This document shows positions 1 to 13,311 of a stretch of 64,000 nt of DNA, piece after piece. Origin of the DNA: Basidiobolus meristosporus CBS 931.73. Its lineage: Eukaryota > Fungi > Basidiobolomycota. The notes under the pieces are model-generated. The model had not been told where the DNA came from. It saw only the letters and a program-made list of their open reading frames with translations, and did not search any database. How positions within the stretch are numbered: the stretch's first letter is position 1; the number at the start of each line of letters is the position of its first letter. The stretch is taken from positions 1,505 through 65,504 of the forward strand of contig MCFE01000504.1 in assembly GCA_002104905.1 (NCBI GenBank), in the 5' to 3' direction. The translations under genes and the position numbers were made by a program.

Positions 1-872
1 ATATCTGATAGAGTCTAGTCCCTTGATGGGGGAACAGCCTTAAGCCACTAATCTAGGGTTATATTTTCTAACTATGCCATTTGAGGTTATTGTGATCTTG
101 TGAATTTATCTAAATTTTATCATTGTTGTTCTATTTGGTAGCCATACCAGTTCTTAGGTTTGTGCCTCCATCAGTGATTGTTACTACTCCTGCATGACCT
201 ATTGCCTTAAGGTGGCATCTGTACTATTAATTGCTTACTCCATATTGCAGGATCCAAAACTCAATACCAGATAACTGTCTTTATGTATATCAGATGCAAC
301 TAATGTGTTTTAAGTGCATTTCATATTTTGGTAGATCTCCTTACAGGGATAATCTATGCTGATCTGAAACTAGCAAACTTCTCAGTGATATATATGCTGC
401 CATTCTCCATAGTTAATATAATACATTTCAATATGATTTCTTGCATTCTTTTTTAGAGTAAAAAATGGCAGTTGAGCTGTAGCCAAGTGGTTTGCTTGCT
501 CTGTTTAGGTCTTTGGACTGCTGGAATCTCCCTGCATGATCTAGCCATTGTCCTCTCTTCTTACAGTAGTAAAACTATCAAAATTTTAGTTCTATTACTT
601 TTACTTCTATGAAGTAAGTAATTATGTGTTGAGCACAGAATTATCTTTGATTACTATGCTCGGTCACTACATCTCAACTTTCTGTGAAGAGGTCTTCCCT
701 CAAAATTGTCCTAGGGCATTGAGTGTTTGTTGCCTTCATGCCAAACTAGAAGCAGTTGATGCTCATGTGGCCAGCTGCAAAGTAGGCAAAATAACTCTAC
801 TTTATCCTCTACACTAACATTGATAGAGTAAAGTTCTCCAGCATATGACCCCTTGTTATCAAGGAGCTGCAT

Positions 873-1860
873 TTTGGTAGGGTAAACATAACTCCCACAG
901 ACAGGTTAATCCATACAGCTATTTTGCTGCACTTATCCATATTTTATTTTATCAGCATTATTGCATTCTACTTTGCCCATGTTACTAGAATCATGCCATA
1001 TGATGTTTACCCTGACTAGTTATTAGCATTAGTAAATCCCAGATGTTTTTCAGCTATGTGATCAGCATGAGTATCTATATCAGGCAAGTACCTGCATTAG
1101 TAACTGTGGCACATGACATAAGCTTATTTACCATCCCTCTCACTGCAATACAATGAATGGTATCTCTATGTTCCACAGATTTTAGACTACTGAGCCCTGG
1201 TTTGTTGAATGTGCAGTGTCTTTTGGAACCTTTTAGGACCTTCTTGGAGTATTTTAGCTCATTGCAATGTCATCCAGAATTCTACTCATGCCTGGAATCT
1301 TTTTGAACCTTATTATTAGTAACTGCTTGGTAATCTGGAAAAGTATATAAGGGAAGACAATCCCCCATTGATAAATCATCTGTTCTATTGCCTTGCCTTG
1401 TTGATCCTCACCCAAGTTCTTTCCTGGTCCTGTCTTGCCTAGCTCTACTCTCCTGCCTTGTATATACACAACAGCTTTATCAGACTGCTCTTGACTTACC
1501 TGTGGATCTCTGACTTCTACCCAAAGTTCTTGTGAAGTACTTGTAAAGGAATACCTACTATAAGTATCACCCTGAATCTTTCCCTAGTCTTGTCCTCTAA
1601 AAGCACATATAGTTTATCTTTGTAAAATTATTGGCCAAAGCTGCATTTGGTTTACTAGTCTGCTTGTGTAGTTTATGGTTGTGAAAGTATTGGAGGCTTT
1701 AGTACAATACTCTATCAAAGAACATTGAAGCCAGTACCTTCTAAAGTGATGCTAACTTCTTCAAAGTTGGGGTATGGGCCTCAATAATTGTATTCTTGAC
1801 AAACCAGTGGCTTTATAGCCCACATATTAGCTATTAGTATCCAGTATTCTTGAGCAAGCT
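873..1860 (+). repeat. LTR family A, copy 1 (degraded, 3'-truncated), upstream of gypsy gag
   Basis: Begins TTTGGTAGGGTAAACATA, matching the reverse complement of 12981-12998 (TGTGGTAGGGTAAACATA); shares AAAAGTATATAAGGGA and later blocks with 5532-6591; similarity to copy 2 stops near 1860. Confidence 0.6.
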
Positions 1861-2527
1861 CAAGAAGCCTCTCCACCTCCTGCTACCCCAACATCTCCAG
1901 TCCAGAGTACAATTTTGCAAGTGTCATGGCTGTCTTTGCCTATCTGCTACAAGACAATGCAGATCTCAGAAACACTGTTGCCCAGCTTCAGAGCCAAAAT
2001 TCTCAACAGCCTATCCATACTCCCTCCTACCATTATCCCAAGTTCACTTCCCCTACCAAGTTCCGTGGCACCAAAGGAGTTCCAAGGTTTCATCAACATA
2101 GTCAAAAACCGCTTGTTGCTACAACCCAAATGGTTCCCAACAGGTCAAGCAAAAGTTGGATATATCTCTAACCTGCTCACTGAAACTGCCTTGGTATGGT
2201 TCTCCCTTGTGGTGGAAAACATCCCCCCTCTACTCCATAACTACCATGCCTTCCTCACAAAAAATGGGGCTAACATTTAGCAACATTGACCAAGCCAGAA
2301 CTGCTGCCAACAAGATCAAGAGCTTGGAGCAAGGAGCCAGACCTGCATTGGTGTATGCTTCTGAATACCAGCTACTAGCCAGTGATTTGAGCCTTTGGGG
2401 TGATGCCACCCTAATTAGTCAGTTTCAAGATGGACTCAATGATAAAGTTAGTTGCCTACCACTCACACTGCCTGACCCAACTACCTTGGGTGAAGCAATA
2501 TATCAAGCAATCCAATGTGAAACTTAC

Positions 2528-3506
2528 TTTTATAGTAACCTTTCCTTATTTGGAAGTCACTTTCCTTTCTGAGAAAGTATTTCCTAATATGAAAATTCTG
2601 TACTCCCCTTTAACCAAAAGGGGTGTGTTGTAGAAGTCTCTAAAGGGGTCTTTAGACCTACATTGGTGTCTTTAGAGTAAAGGGGCTTCTTGTAGTGGTC
2701 TTTAAGGTGGACTTTACACTAAAGGGGTGCCTACAGGGACTTCTTTAGCGTAAAAGGGCTTCTCAAACTGGTATCTAAAGGAGTCTTTAGACTAAAGGGG
2801 TGTCTTTAGAGTAAAGGGATTTCTAGAGGGGACTTTTCCAACAGAAAAGCAATTGTTTCTTGTAGAACTTAGATTGGATTCTGGTGAGCTTTGCAGTCTC
2901 TTTACTGATGTAGTACCAGTCAAAATGTGAATACTCAACAGTGCAAGTGATGCAGGGGAAGTCTTATAACCTTTAAACTTGTAATTGTAGTGTGGAGATT
3001 CTGGAAAAAGAGGCTCTCCTTTATGTTTCAGCTGGGGAAGTCATATATATGAAAATTCTGAAGGATCAAAGTTTTTGGATGATTGCGCAAGCAATACATG
3101 TGATAAAAACTAAATTTTGCACATGACGCAGATCAAACATAGGCGCATCACCTGTCAAAATATCATGTGATTTGATTGGCTAGTTCAGAAGTAACACGCA
3201 ATCAAAGTCACCATAGTAATCATAGCAATAAGGCGTAGTATATATAATAATTGGACTCTTTTGGCCATAACTCCTTAAGTACTGCTTCAAATGAGCTGTA
3301 ACTTGAATCATGTGTTGGCTACTATGCATTCTGTATGACATAATATTCCTGGGTGAGTTGCATGTCAGGGTCTGGAGCATTTGCTCTTCAAAGTTGCAAA
3401 TTCTTGATCTTTCACCTGTGTGTAACAATAGCAAAAGCAAAATAAAGAAATGAGTGCAATATTGGTTTAGAGATATTGTAGTAATGGAATACTTTCCATT
3501 ACCACA
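2528..3506 (-). repeat. LTR family B, truncated copy with internal TAAAGGG(G)-type imperfect repeats
   Basis: Reverse complement of 18743-~19705; begins TGTGGTAATGG at 3506 on the minus strand, next to GAGC. Confidence 0.7.
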
Positions 3507-3962
3507 GCTCCTGAGGCTTGTATCACATCACAAAAATGCATGGCACTATTTTGCTCCACTGGTACTATCTGGCACTACAAGTACTTTATATAGGTCTTAC
3601 TTTGAGGCTAATATTTAAATATAGTGCCTGATAGTACCAGTGGACCAAGATAGTGCCATGCATTTTTGTGACATGATACAAGCCAGAAGAGCTAGATTCA
3701 GAGTGCCATGGGTATTGAGTACCAGATGCATGTCTTCAATCCTTTTGTGCTCTTACACATCCGGCAAACATTGATCCAAATAACAGGTCAAAAAATTGAT
3801 TTTCTCCAGCAAAATGGGTGAAGTACAGATGGCTTTGCATGAAGATGCAGAGCTATGTTTCACACCCTGAGACCAAGTGTAGGCTCATTTGGACTCCTTA
3901 ACACACTATGGCATCATTTGGCACTCATGGCTCCATGTGGCACTATCCAGCAGAACAAGTCT
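3507..3962. mobile_element. Foldback MITE copy 1 (left arm mostly lost)
   Basis: Central hairpin ~3520-3670; right terminus GAACAAGTCT followed by ACT; homologous to 16669-17402. Confidence 0.85.
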
Positions 3963-4949
3963 ACTGGCCAACCTCCTTCCCTGTAATCCAGTCACCCAGT
4001 ACTAAGCCCAAAGATCCTATGCAAATTGACAGTGCCAAATACAAGACACTAAAAAAAGAAGAAAGATCCAGATGTCAACAGGCAAACTTCTGCCCTTACT
4101 GTGGCCAACAAGGCCACTTGGCCAAGTCTTGTCCCCACAAGAAGTCCAGCTACAAGCTCCTAAAATTATCCAGTGAGCAGCCTTCTCCAGAGTTGTTTGG
4201 AAACTCCAGTGTCCAGTTATATGACAGGCTTGCAACTGGACTCTCCAATGAAACGTCAATACATTCAAGAAACATCATATGCTACCAAGTTCATCCAGCC
4301 CTTGAGAATGCCTGTCAACATTCATATTGCTGAATCCAGTCCTGTCTGTGTCATGCCCTCATAGATTTTGGTGCTTCCTCCTGTTTCACCCTATGAAAAA
4401 TAATTTGGTCCTGTGGGTGGATCCAATCTGGAACATCTGTCAAGATCCTGTTTAGAGACCGTCATAATAACAGCAGCTTGGAATAAGTGACCCTCCTGAC
4501 AGTCTTATAACAAGATCATGATGGTGTGTTGCAAATTTTACAGCCAAATAAAGGGATAAATCTTGATGATTTTTGATTGGTGCTGTCACAATATTTGCAT
4601 GGTATTGTTGCGGTGTTTCAGCACTCTATTACTATTTTAAGTGGATCCAGTTGGCCAGGACTTCCAACTGTCTTATATGGCAAGAAACTTGACGGTACTT
4701 TGACAGCCTCACAGCAAGACTCTGATGGCTTTTTCTTGGCAGTATGATGGCCTGCTGCTGGTTCTGTATAGTGCTATTGTACCAATTTACCAAATGGTAT
4801 TTCCTTTTTCTACCTCCCCTTGTACAATTCATATATTCCACTGTAGAGTCACCTTTCTTTATTTGCTTACCCACTACTACCTTGGGTATTGCACACATAG
4901 TTCAAATCAAAAAAAACTATGGCCTCCTGCTTACTAACCTCTACAAACA

Positions 4950-7900
4950 CACACACCTGCTGCAATTGACATACTTCTATCACCTCAACTTTACAGCTTT
5001 TTAGTGTTATACTTGCAAAGTTTCCATATACTTTGTACTGCTGGTAGCATATACAACTTGCAAAAATATGCTTGGTTGTTGCTACTTCTGCCATGAATAC
5101 CTCCTGAATATTGGTAAAGAACTTCTTGATATTTAGCCAATATATTCCTTCTCCCTGCTGGATTCTAGTCCATTGGCTTTTGTTTGTGTGAATTCCATAT
5201 TGAATGGTGTAGAAGTTGGCTTGTGACCACAAGAAATCCGGCATATCTTGGTGGAGCTTTCCTGATAAAAATTAGTTGCCTGTGGCACCCAACCCAACTT
5301 GGTATTACTTAACTGATTACCCATGCATTGGGGCTGCTTAGCTTCTTAATGCCATAGGTGTAGGTGTCTCCATGTGCACATTTGTCCTCAGCATTTTCCC
5401 ACTCTTTCTGGCTGTCCTTGATGTGCCAACTCATCACATCCATGACAGACTTGAAGGTAATATTCTTGATGAGATTGGGATATGGTAGTACCTGCAACTT
5501 GACTTGTCTTCCTATCTCCCCACACATCCGCTGTAGTGGGGTGACAGTGACACCCACTGACAGATGTGCTCATTCCCTTATTTTCTACTTCCCTATATCT
5601 CTACTGCACTTATTTTAGTTTTATCCCATTTGTCTTACCCAATCAGTACTATCCCATAAGCCGGTTGACTATCACACCTGCTTACCTTATTGCATAAGTT
5701 ACCCCTCACTTTATGTAAGATTACTAGCTATAAGTGCTTCTATATTAGGCAAGTACCCGCGCCAGTACCCGTGACACATGACCTACCCGTGTTACCATCC
5801 CTAGCATTTCCATACCATATATGGTATCCCCATGTTACAAAGGTTTCAGAATACTGATTCCGGATTGGTTGGATGTGCTGTGCCTTTTAGAACCTTCTGG
5901 CACCTACTTAGAACATTCTGATGTCATTAAGATTTCTATTGATATCCGGAACCTTCTGGAACACCATGATTAGTAATCACTTAGCCAGTGAGAAAAGTAT
6001 ATAAGGGAGGCTATCCCTCTACAATAAATCATCATCCCTTTTATCAATATACCAACTTGTTGATTAGTGTGATTGCTGCTACCTGCTGCTACCTGAACTT
6101 CCAACCCCAGACCACAGGACACTCCCAGGAAACCACGCTGACAGCCAACTGACCTTGGAGGCACTACTTGTGAGGAATACTCAGAGTAGGTATCTTTTAT
6201 TATATTTGATTCTTTCCCAAGTTTGTTCTTGTACAGGCAAAGATACTTCTCTGTCTTTGTAACTATTGACCACAGCTGCATTCTTATCAAGTCCCTGCTG
6301 GTGGAGTTTACAGTTGTTTTGACTTTGGAAGCTTTAGTACATTGTCATCTCAAAGGATGCTGAACCCAGCACATACTTTTGTTAAGACGCCAACTAAGTT
6401 GGGGATTGTAGCTCAATAGTTTTCCCTTGACAAGCTTGTGGCTTTATTTCCCTTCACATTAGATTAGAGACAGAACCCAAGTATTCCTAGCAAGCTTTTG
6501 CCAGAGGTTATTGCACCCAGTGAACACCCCACACACAAAACACTTGAGAAGTGTTGGACGTATCTCTCCCTTGGACCAATACACCACCACATTGCTCCAT
6601 AGGAAACTCCCAAAAGATGAAGCAAGGCCCAATATTCTCCACACACCATGCAAGATGGAGTAGAGAAAGGATACAGTAGCGGCAGACATCTATGCGTTCA
6701 GCTTTATGTTTGTAGTATAGCCACTCAAATCCTGTCACAAACTACTCACACAACAGTAGTAGATGCGTCAAGTTGGCATTGGTGATCCACTTCTGGATAA
6801 ATATTCCTACAATGTCCACATATGACTCCCAATGCTTCCAATGTACTCTTGGTAGGAATGGCTTCAGAACACCACTTTAATAAATACATATCCAGTTTAT
6901 CCAGTCTTTGCATTTGTATTGTTGCATATGCATATAAATATTAATTGGAGCCTGTAAGAAGTACTTAGGGTAGCAGATACTCTGTAATATCTTGCCAATT
7001 TTTTTCAAATTTCTCTGGTATCTCAAAGTGCTCATTTAGCTTGAAATGCCCCATGTACAACTTGGTCATCAGTATTGGGATATTACTGAAAAGCAAATGC
7101 ATTGTTCCCAGTGGAAAGCTTTTGCTCCTACAGATACCCTCTATCTTAAGTATCTCTGGTTTCTGATTGATTCCATATTCCAGCTAATGGTTTATAGCTT
7201 GCCAACTTTGCTGCAATTGCATGCCAACTGCTGTATGTTCTCTTTGTGGAAAGATGATGTTCTTAGTGCTGGTGTTTTGGTAATAATAATGAGTGTGAGT
7301 TATGGAGTAAACCCCATGGATCTCACACATTTGACAGTGACACTGTCCATTGTGCCTGGAAAAACCTGCTATCTTGCTGATGGCTGGGGTATCTCCAATG
7401 CAGATAATAATATGCGCTTTTACATGATGGCCATTTACTGTTACCCCACTGGAAAGCATACAAAATCCATCCAGCAATGGATACAGGTAGCTATCCAGGT
7501 TGGATGGTGATTTAGGCCCAGATACCAGTGAGACTACCATTAGATTATTGCTCTGATACTGCAAGATGGATGGCAGATTCAGATTAATGAGAATCAGTGG
7601 CCAGCAGGATTTACTGGTAGAGCACTTGTTAGATGAGAATCCATCAAGTGCTAAAGCAAATGCATGCTCATGCACACCTTCAAAGTAGTCCTTGCTTCTT
7701 GGCTGTTTGTAATGTTTGCCATCAAATATATCAGATATGTTTACACTTGACTGATACTGAGTGCAGTACTGTATAGCTTTGCAATATTTGTTGGACTGCA
7801 GCAGCTTCCTTAGACAGGGTATGACCTGAATATATCCGGAGTTTGAGCAATGTTTTCCCTCAATGGTGGTGGATTCCTGACAATTTGGACATGTTGCAAT

Positions 7901-8400
7901 GGTAGCATTTTTGGATGTGAATGCCATGCAACTGTTAACACATGCTGGAATCAGGACAGTCTCTGGATCATATGTTGCCAGCCGCATGATGGTTGTCTAC
8001 TTGTACTATGTACATGGTAAGTTGCATCCCGGTATGATTTTGCAAGAAGTAGTAATAAATCCTCAAAGCCCCCATTACTCATATTAGTGGAAATGTGCCA
8101 CTACTCTAGCCACAACATTGCATCATTCACCAGTAGATGGATTACTGGGCTCACTTGGCTCCATAAAGTATCTTTGACATTTGTTTCAATGAGTGTTGTC
8201 TCATTGCATATAGGGATCTGACCGGGCTCATACATGGTACTGCTGTTAAGGGAGATAGGCTCAAATCCATCAGTGAACCTTCTTTGTCAGCGCTATCACT
8301 CTGCGTGCCATATTCAGAAGGCTGAGGTGAGCCTAAAGGTGTCACAAACTCATATGCCTCAGATTGCTCAAGGTGACAAAGATGGCCAGGTGCCAATATA
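4950..8400 (-). pseudogene. Transposase family tnp2 (Transposase_21) pseudogene, interrupted by solo LTR 5532-6591; boundaries approximate
   Basis: ORF 7184-7987 carries CVNSCMAF, CPNC, SDIFDGKHY, LDGF, SCWPLILINLNLP, GPKSPSNLDSYLYPL, IGDTPAISKIAGF, CQMCEIHG. Confidence 0.85.
5532..6591 (+). repeat. LTR family A solo LTR
   Basis: TGTAGT...ACCACA termini; flanks CCGC / TTGC (4-bp TSD with C-to-T decay); CACTA sequence rejoins as in the uninterrupted homolog at ~27755-27770; TATA-like GTATATAAGGG near 5998. Confidence 0.85.
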
Positions 8401-8962
8401 GAAGTATCAACTGGCTGGCAAGATAATGTTGGAACAGTAGTGACCAATGAATGGTCAAATATGACTTGGGTGGCAAAACACTGGCCATGATCCATGTTAT
8501 ACTTCCTAAGCTGTCTGCGTGCTTCATGACTGAGAGGCTTGCCACGATAGCCACATGGTCTTTTTTCTCTCCTCTTACGGCGTTGAATCAAAGTAGTCTT
8601 GTCCATGGGGCAAACAGTTTGACCTTCAACAATGTAACTCTATTATATCACTTTTTGGTCAATACTCATGTGAGCTTAAGACAGTCTTGTATTTGAGACA
8701 TTGCACCTACATGAATGTAAGATTCAATGATGACCCACTATAGTAAGCAGTATAGGTAAAGTTGTGGCACCACATATACATGTATATGTAACATTATTTC
8801 CCCTTTGGCTTGACTCACTTCCATATATATGCCGCCAAAAAATAAAGCAAAGTTGTCTGGTTCTCAACCAAACCCCACCACTGACAGCAACAGAAGAATA
8901 GTTGGACAACAGCTTTCTTTGACATTCAGTGCAACAAGCAGGGCTACATCCAAAAAAGCCCT

Positions 8963-10276
8963 GTGAGCAGTGTGCCCATTGAAGGTTATAATGCAGACTC
9001 CTCAGGCTCTCAGTCAAGTAGGCAACTGAGAGCCTCTGTGGAGCCACAAGCTGACTGTTATGCTCAGACAGATCAAAATGTAGCAAACGCAGTACCCTCT
9101 GTTGAAGATCAGCAAGTGGCCATGATAACATCACCACCACCCATATTAGCAAGTATGTTTTCAGCTCATACCAAAGCATTAATTAAGCAATTAGGTGCAA
9201 TGGCTGATAGGATAGACGCAATGGCCCAGAGAAATCAGGAAGTAGTCCAGAAACAGGATGAGTGGATAATACATGTAGAGCAATCAATATCCCAGGTTGA
9301 GCAAGCAGTATCTTTGCTGCAAAGAAGGAATTGAAGTAGCTCAATGTCACAGCCAAGAAGTGAGCCATTTCCCAATGTAACAGCAGAGGAACACCATACA
9401 GTCTTTGAAGCACAACAACAGTGCCCAAAGATAAAGCCCACAGAAAAGCCTATCACAGCATGGGAGGGAGACAATGCGCTGTTTATACCAAAGCCTAAAA
9501 ATCAAAAGACATTCAAGATCCATGAAGCTGTTGAGTGCAATAATGAAGAGTGGGCTAATATACAAGAGGCCATCAGATGTCTAGCACACCATCATCTTAA
9601 GGCTGGCATACCATGGGACCATCAGGAACTCAAAGCCAAGCAGAATGCACTTGACCTGTTCAATGAGCATTATCCTGGATTCAAACAGGCAAATGGATTT
9701 TGGGCCAGCATTGGTATGCTGAGAAAGTATCTTAAAAATAGCAGAAACTATGTAAGGCAGAAGAACAATGATGCCATGGCTAAGAACCAACGGCTTCCTC
9801 AAGAGCCTGTTACATGCAGGGCCAAAAGCTCCAGACAAGCGTCAAAGAGATGTCAGGCAGCTGGAAGAGTGCCAATTAAGGACAAGCAGGCATACATGGA
9901 TGCACCAGCACAACATATATCAAGGAAAAAGCATACTGCCACTGAAGAAGCACCCAGTCAAAGTAGCAGTGAAAGACCTGGCAGTGATAAAAACCAGCCG
10001 CTTTTACAGGAGCCCATTACAACTATGGTTGAGAGCTCAAAACAAGCTGAAAAGAAACGTCAGGTTGCCAGAAGAGTGCCAGCAAGGGAAAGCAGGCCAA
10101 AACAGATGCGTCAGAGAAGAATTAATCCAGGAGAAAATGTAGTTCTTTACAAGAGGCACTCAGACAAATTAGCAGTGAAAGACCTGGCAGTGATAGAGGA
10201 AAAGGTAAAGGGAGTAATGTCTACCAAGCCTGAGACAGGGAGGCATGCAAAAAAAACTGCAGTTCTTGCCAATTAA
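8963..10276 (+). pseudogene. CACTA accessory ORF2 (coiled coil, small helical domain, charged low-complexity tail) with one in-frame TGA
   Basis: ORFs 8963-9334 and 9344-10276 are in the same frame, separated by AAT TGA; inside the CACTA TIRs, divergent from tnp2; downstream region repeated at ~29190-30135. Confidence 0.65.
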
Positions 10277-11259
10277 CGCCACAAGACAGGGACAGACTGA
10301 ATCCCATCATAGCCAAGTAGAATTACCAACAAGAAAACGGCTGTTCTCACAAGAGTTGGAAGCGCAGCCAGTTGAGCTACACTCCAGTAAGGTAGATGAG
10401 TTTACTGAATAAGGCAATTTGTCTACCACAGCCTCCACAGCATCCATTGTTGACAGTGTGGAGATCCCACTGACAGACAGGGCCACAGTGTCAAGAGCTC
10501 AAAAGACTATCACAATCCCTTCAGTGGAGTTTTGGAACATTAATAGGCACACCAAGTGGTTGCAGCACTGCTTCATGAGTAGTATTCAAGAAAATGTACT
10601 GGAACATTGTAAGGATTTATTGTAAAGACTGGCAGACGAGGAGCTAGGCCTTGCAGTGCTGGCTGAAGACCAGGATATGTGGGAACCAGTGAATGAGCAG
10701 TGGCATTAAGCTGTTGGGTTCCTGCCAAAGTTGTGGAACCAGAGCATTACAGCAGAAATACTTATTGAGTGGTGGATTTTAATGGAGTTACTTGTTGAGT
10801 GTGGGGTTGAGCTTAATGTTAGTGTAGGGTATAGAGACTTGTATAGGTCAATACAATTGGCAATTGAGGTACAACTGAAGTTTCAACAGGAATAAATCAA
10901 TTTGTATGCATGAAAAGTAAGAGAAATGGTTGAGTCAGGAAGTAAGGAGTGTGAAACAGAGGCAATAGCCAATCAACTCACACAAATGTAGGAGGCAATA
11001 GAGTGTCTGGGATCAGAAAGTGAGCAAATTGGCAGGAAACCAATCAAAAGCCACTTATACATTGTTGTGATGAAATAGACTTGTTCCGTTGGATAGTGCC
11101 ACATAGTGCCAGCCTGTTTATGGTGCCGGATCAATCTGGCACTCTATGGCACCATCTGGCACTATAATTTCTACCATGATGTCAGTGGTATGATACAGTT
11201 ACTGGTAATTTTACTCAATCTTACTTATGTTGCTCAGAATAGTGCTTTCCTTGCTTTAT

Positions 11260-12186
11260 TTACTCTTCATAATGCTCCAGACACATTTCTCTCAGTGGAT
11301 GTCTTCTTGTATGAACATACTGTGCATTAATAAGTATCTTAACTATTTTACCTATTCTGATGTTTTCTCCTATATAAGACTTTCCTCTGTATTTACCTGC
11401 CAATATGCTGAATCTCTTCAGATATCCAAATGTGTGCTCTACCCTTACTCTGAAATGATTAAATATCTCATTGTAGAGCTTCTGCTTCCTGCTAAGCACA
11501 CCATTTCTTGGCTTCCTATAAGCTGTAATACATCCTAATCTCTGACAATCCTCTCCTATATAGGCTAAGTCTGCCATACATTTCTCCCCTCTACTGAATT
11601 CAGGATGATTCTCTACCCAGAGTGCTTTGTCATGCCTACTTCCAGCAAATGGCCCACTAAACCAGATGATGTTACCCTCAATGTCAGACAGTGCTTGAAA
11701 CTTCACACAGTGTGCCTTGTACTTGCCAGAATAAAAGTGCCTCTGCCCTCTAGAAGGTCTGTTAATCCTCACTGGGAAGGTATCCAAAATACTCCTGATA
11801 TGGAACCTGTTGCTGAACACTCTGGGATGTGGAAGTCTATTGGAGCTTCTGAACATAGTATTCCAAGCTTGCTGTAAGTCATTCATACCCTCTGCAAGGT
11901 GGTTCTCCATTGCTGTCAGCTGGGAATGAAAGCTTCTAGGACTTTTGTTGCCATGGATGGTGGGATGAAACCTTGTAGGGCAATAGTTCTTGTAATAGCA
12001 GAGAAGCTTAACAAGGGATCTCCTTGGGTAGATTGGGGTTGATGGTCCAGAGTACCTGGAGTATATCTCCTCTAGTGTGTCAAAAGGAAATCCAGTGGTA
12101 GTGATGGGATTGATGAGAAAAGACCATTCAGATGAATAAGTCATATTAAAATTGATAGATGATTGTATAAAGGCGGTTTGAATCAA
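11260..12186 (-). CDS. DDE_Tnp_4 (Harbinger/ISL2-like) transposase, open frame; true 5' end probably separated by the solo LTR at 12195
   Basis: 308-codon ORF with ILDTFPV, YSGKYKAHCVKFQ, GSRHD, MADLAY, RVRVEHTFGYLKRF (candidate D-D-E triad intact). Confidence 0.9.
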   Translation of the reverse strand: MIQTAFIQSSINFNMTYSSEWSFLINPITTTGFPFDTLEEIYSRYSGPSTPIYPRRSLVKLLCYYKNYCPTRFHPTIHGNKSPRSFHSQLTAMENHLAEGMNDLQQAWNTMFRSSNRLPHPRVFSNRFHIRSILDTFPVRINRPSRGQRHFYSGKYKAHCVKFQALSDIEGNIIWFSGPFAGSRHDKALWVENHPEFSRGEKCMADLAYIGEDCQRLGCITAYRKPRNGVLSRKQKLYNEIFNHFRVRVEHTFGYLKRFSILAGKYRGKSYIGENIRIGKIVKILINAQYVHTRRHPLREMCLEHYEE

Positions 12187-12194
12187 TTCGGCGC

Positions 12195-12998
12195 TGTGGT
12201 GGTGTAGAGGTACTCCTGGGAGAAACTACACAACTCAAGGTGTGTGAGGTGTCTGATGGGTGCAATAACCTCTGTGTCTAAACTGCTGGTGTCTTTGTCA
12301 ATATGCCACTATGGTAAAAGCACCTGCTTCTCTAGCTTCCTAGGTGCTCCAAGTGTCTCCAAAGGCCTCTGTGTGTCTTGTGCACTACCCTGAAAAGCTC
12401 CTTGATTGCAGGTCTGAGATGTACTGTTGAAGGCAGGTGCAGTGATCAACTGCTAATCAATAAGGTAGAAGTGTTACTGATAGAAGGGATGATTTATTGA
12501 TGAGGGATTGCTTTCCCTTAAATACTTTTCCTGATTGCCAAGTGATTACTAATGACAAGGTTCTAGAAGATTCAAGGTATCAGTGGAATTCTTGATGACA
12601 TCACTATGAGCTAAAAATATGCCAAGAATGTCCTGGAAGGTTCTAAAAGGCACAGCACTCTCAACCAATCAGGAATCAGTAGTCTGAAACCTGTGCAACA
12701 TAGAAATACCATATATGGTATTGAAATGGTAGAGATGGTAACACAGACCTAGGTCATGTGTCACGGGTACTTACGCGGGTACTTGCCTTATATAGATACA
12801 TCTACTGATCACAAAGCTGAATAACATCTGGGATAACTAATGCTAATAACTAATCAGGGTAAACTTCATATGGGGATAATACTGATAATATAGGCAAAAG
12901 AAGAATGGGATAATACTGATAAGATAAAATATGGATAAGTATATCACAATGACTATATGAATAAACTTGTCTGTGGGAGGTATGTTTACCCTACCACA
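12195..12998 (-). repeat. LTR family A solo LTR inside the Pangu-like element
   Basis: TGTGGT...ACCACA termini with perfect 4-bp TSD GCGC (12191-94, 12999-13002); inverted homolog of 873-1400 and 5532-6591. Confidence 0.9.
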
Positions 12999-13311
12999 GC
13001 GCGATCTACGTTATTTATCTGATTTTTAATACATTATGGTTAAATCTCCATCAATTACCATGTATCCCATCATTATGTTGCAAAAATCATCCGCAAACAA
13101 TGCCTTGGTACTTTTATTGATGCTTTACTCATAGGTCTATAATCAAATAGGAAATCTGCAATTGATGTGATCTGATCCGTGTCAACGTGATCCAAGATGC
13201 ATCATGCATAATATATGGAGATTTCAACAATCACGTTAGTTTTCATATATATTTCATATAAGACCAGGTTGATGCCAATATACTGCTGTATAAGTATTCA
13301 AATCTGTTACT

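Noticed and set aside
1-872. DIRS-like RNase H fragments (TDAT, DNS) on the minus strand
   Set aside because: Motifs are weak and in the wrong order; left as unclassified decayed repeat.
2636-2835. CRISPR-like repeat array
   Set aside because: Units are short and irregular, with no unique spacers and no cas genes; eukaryotic LTR context.
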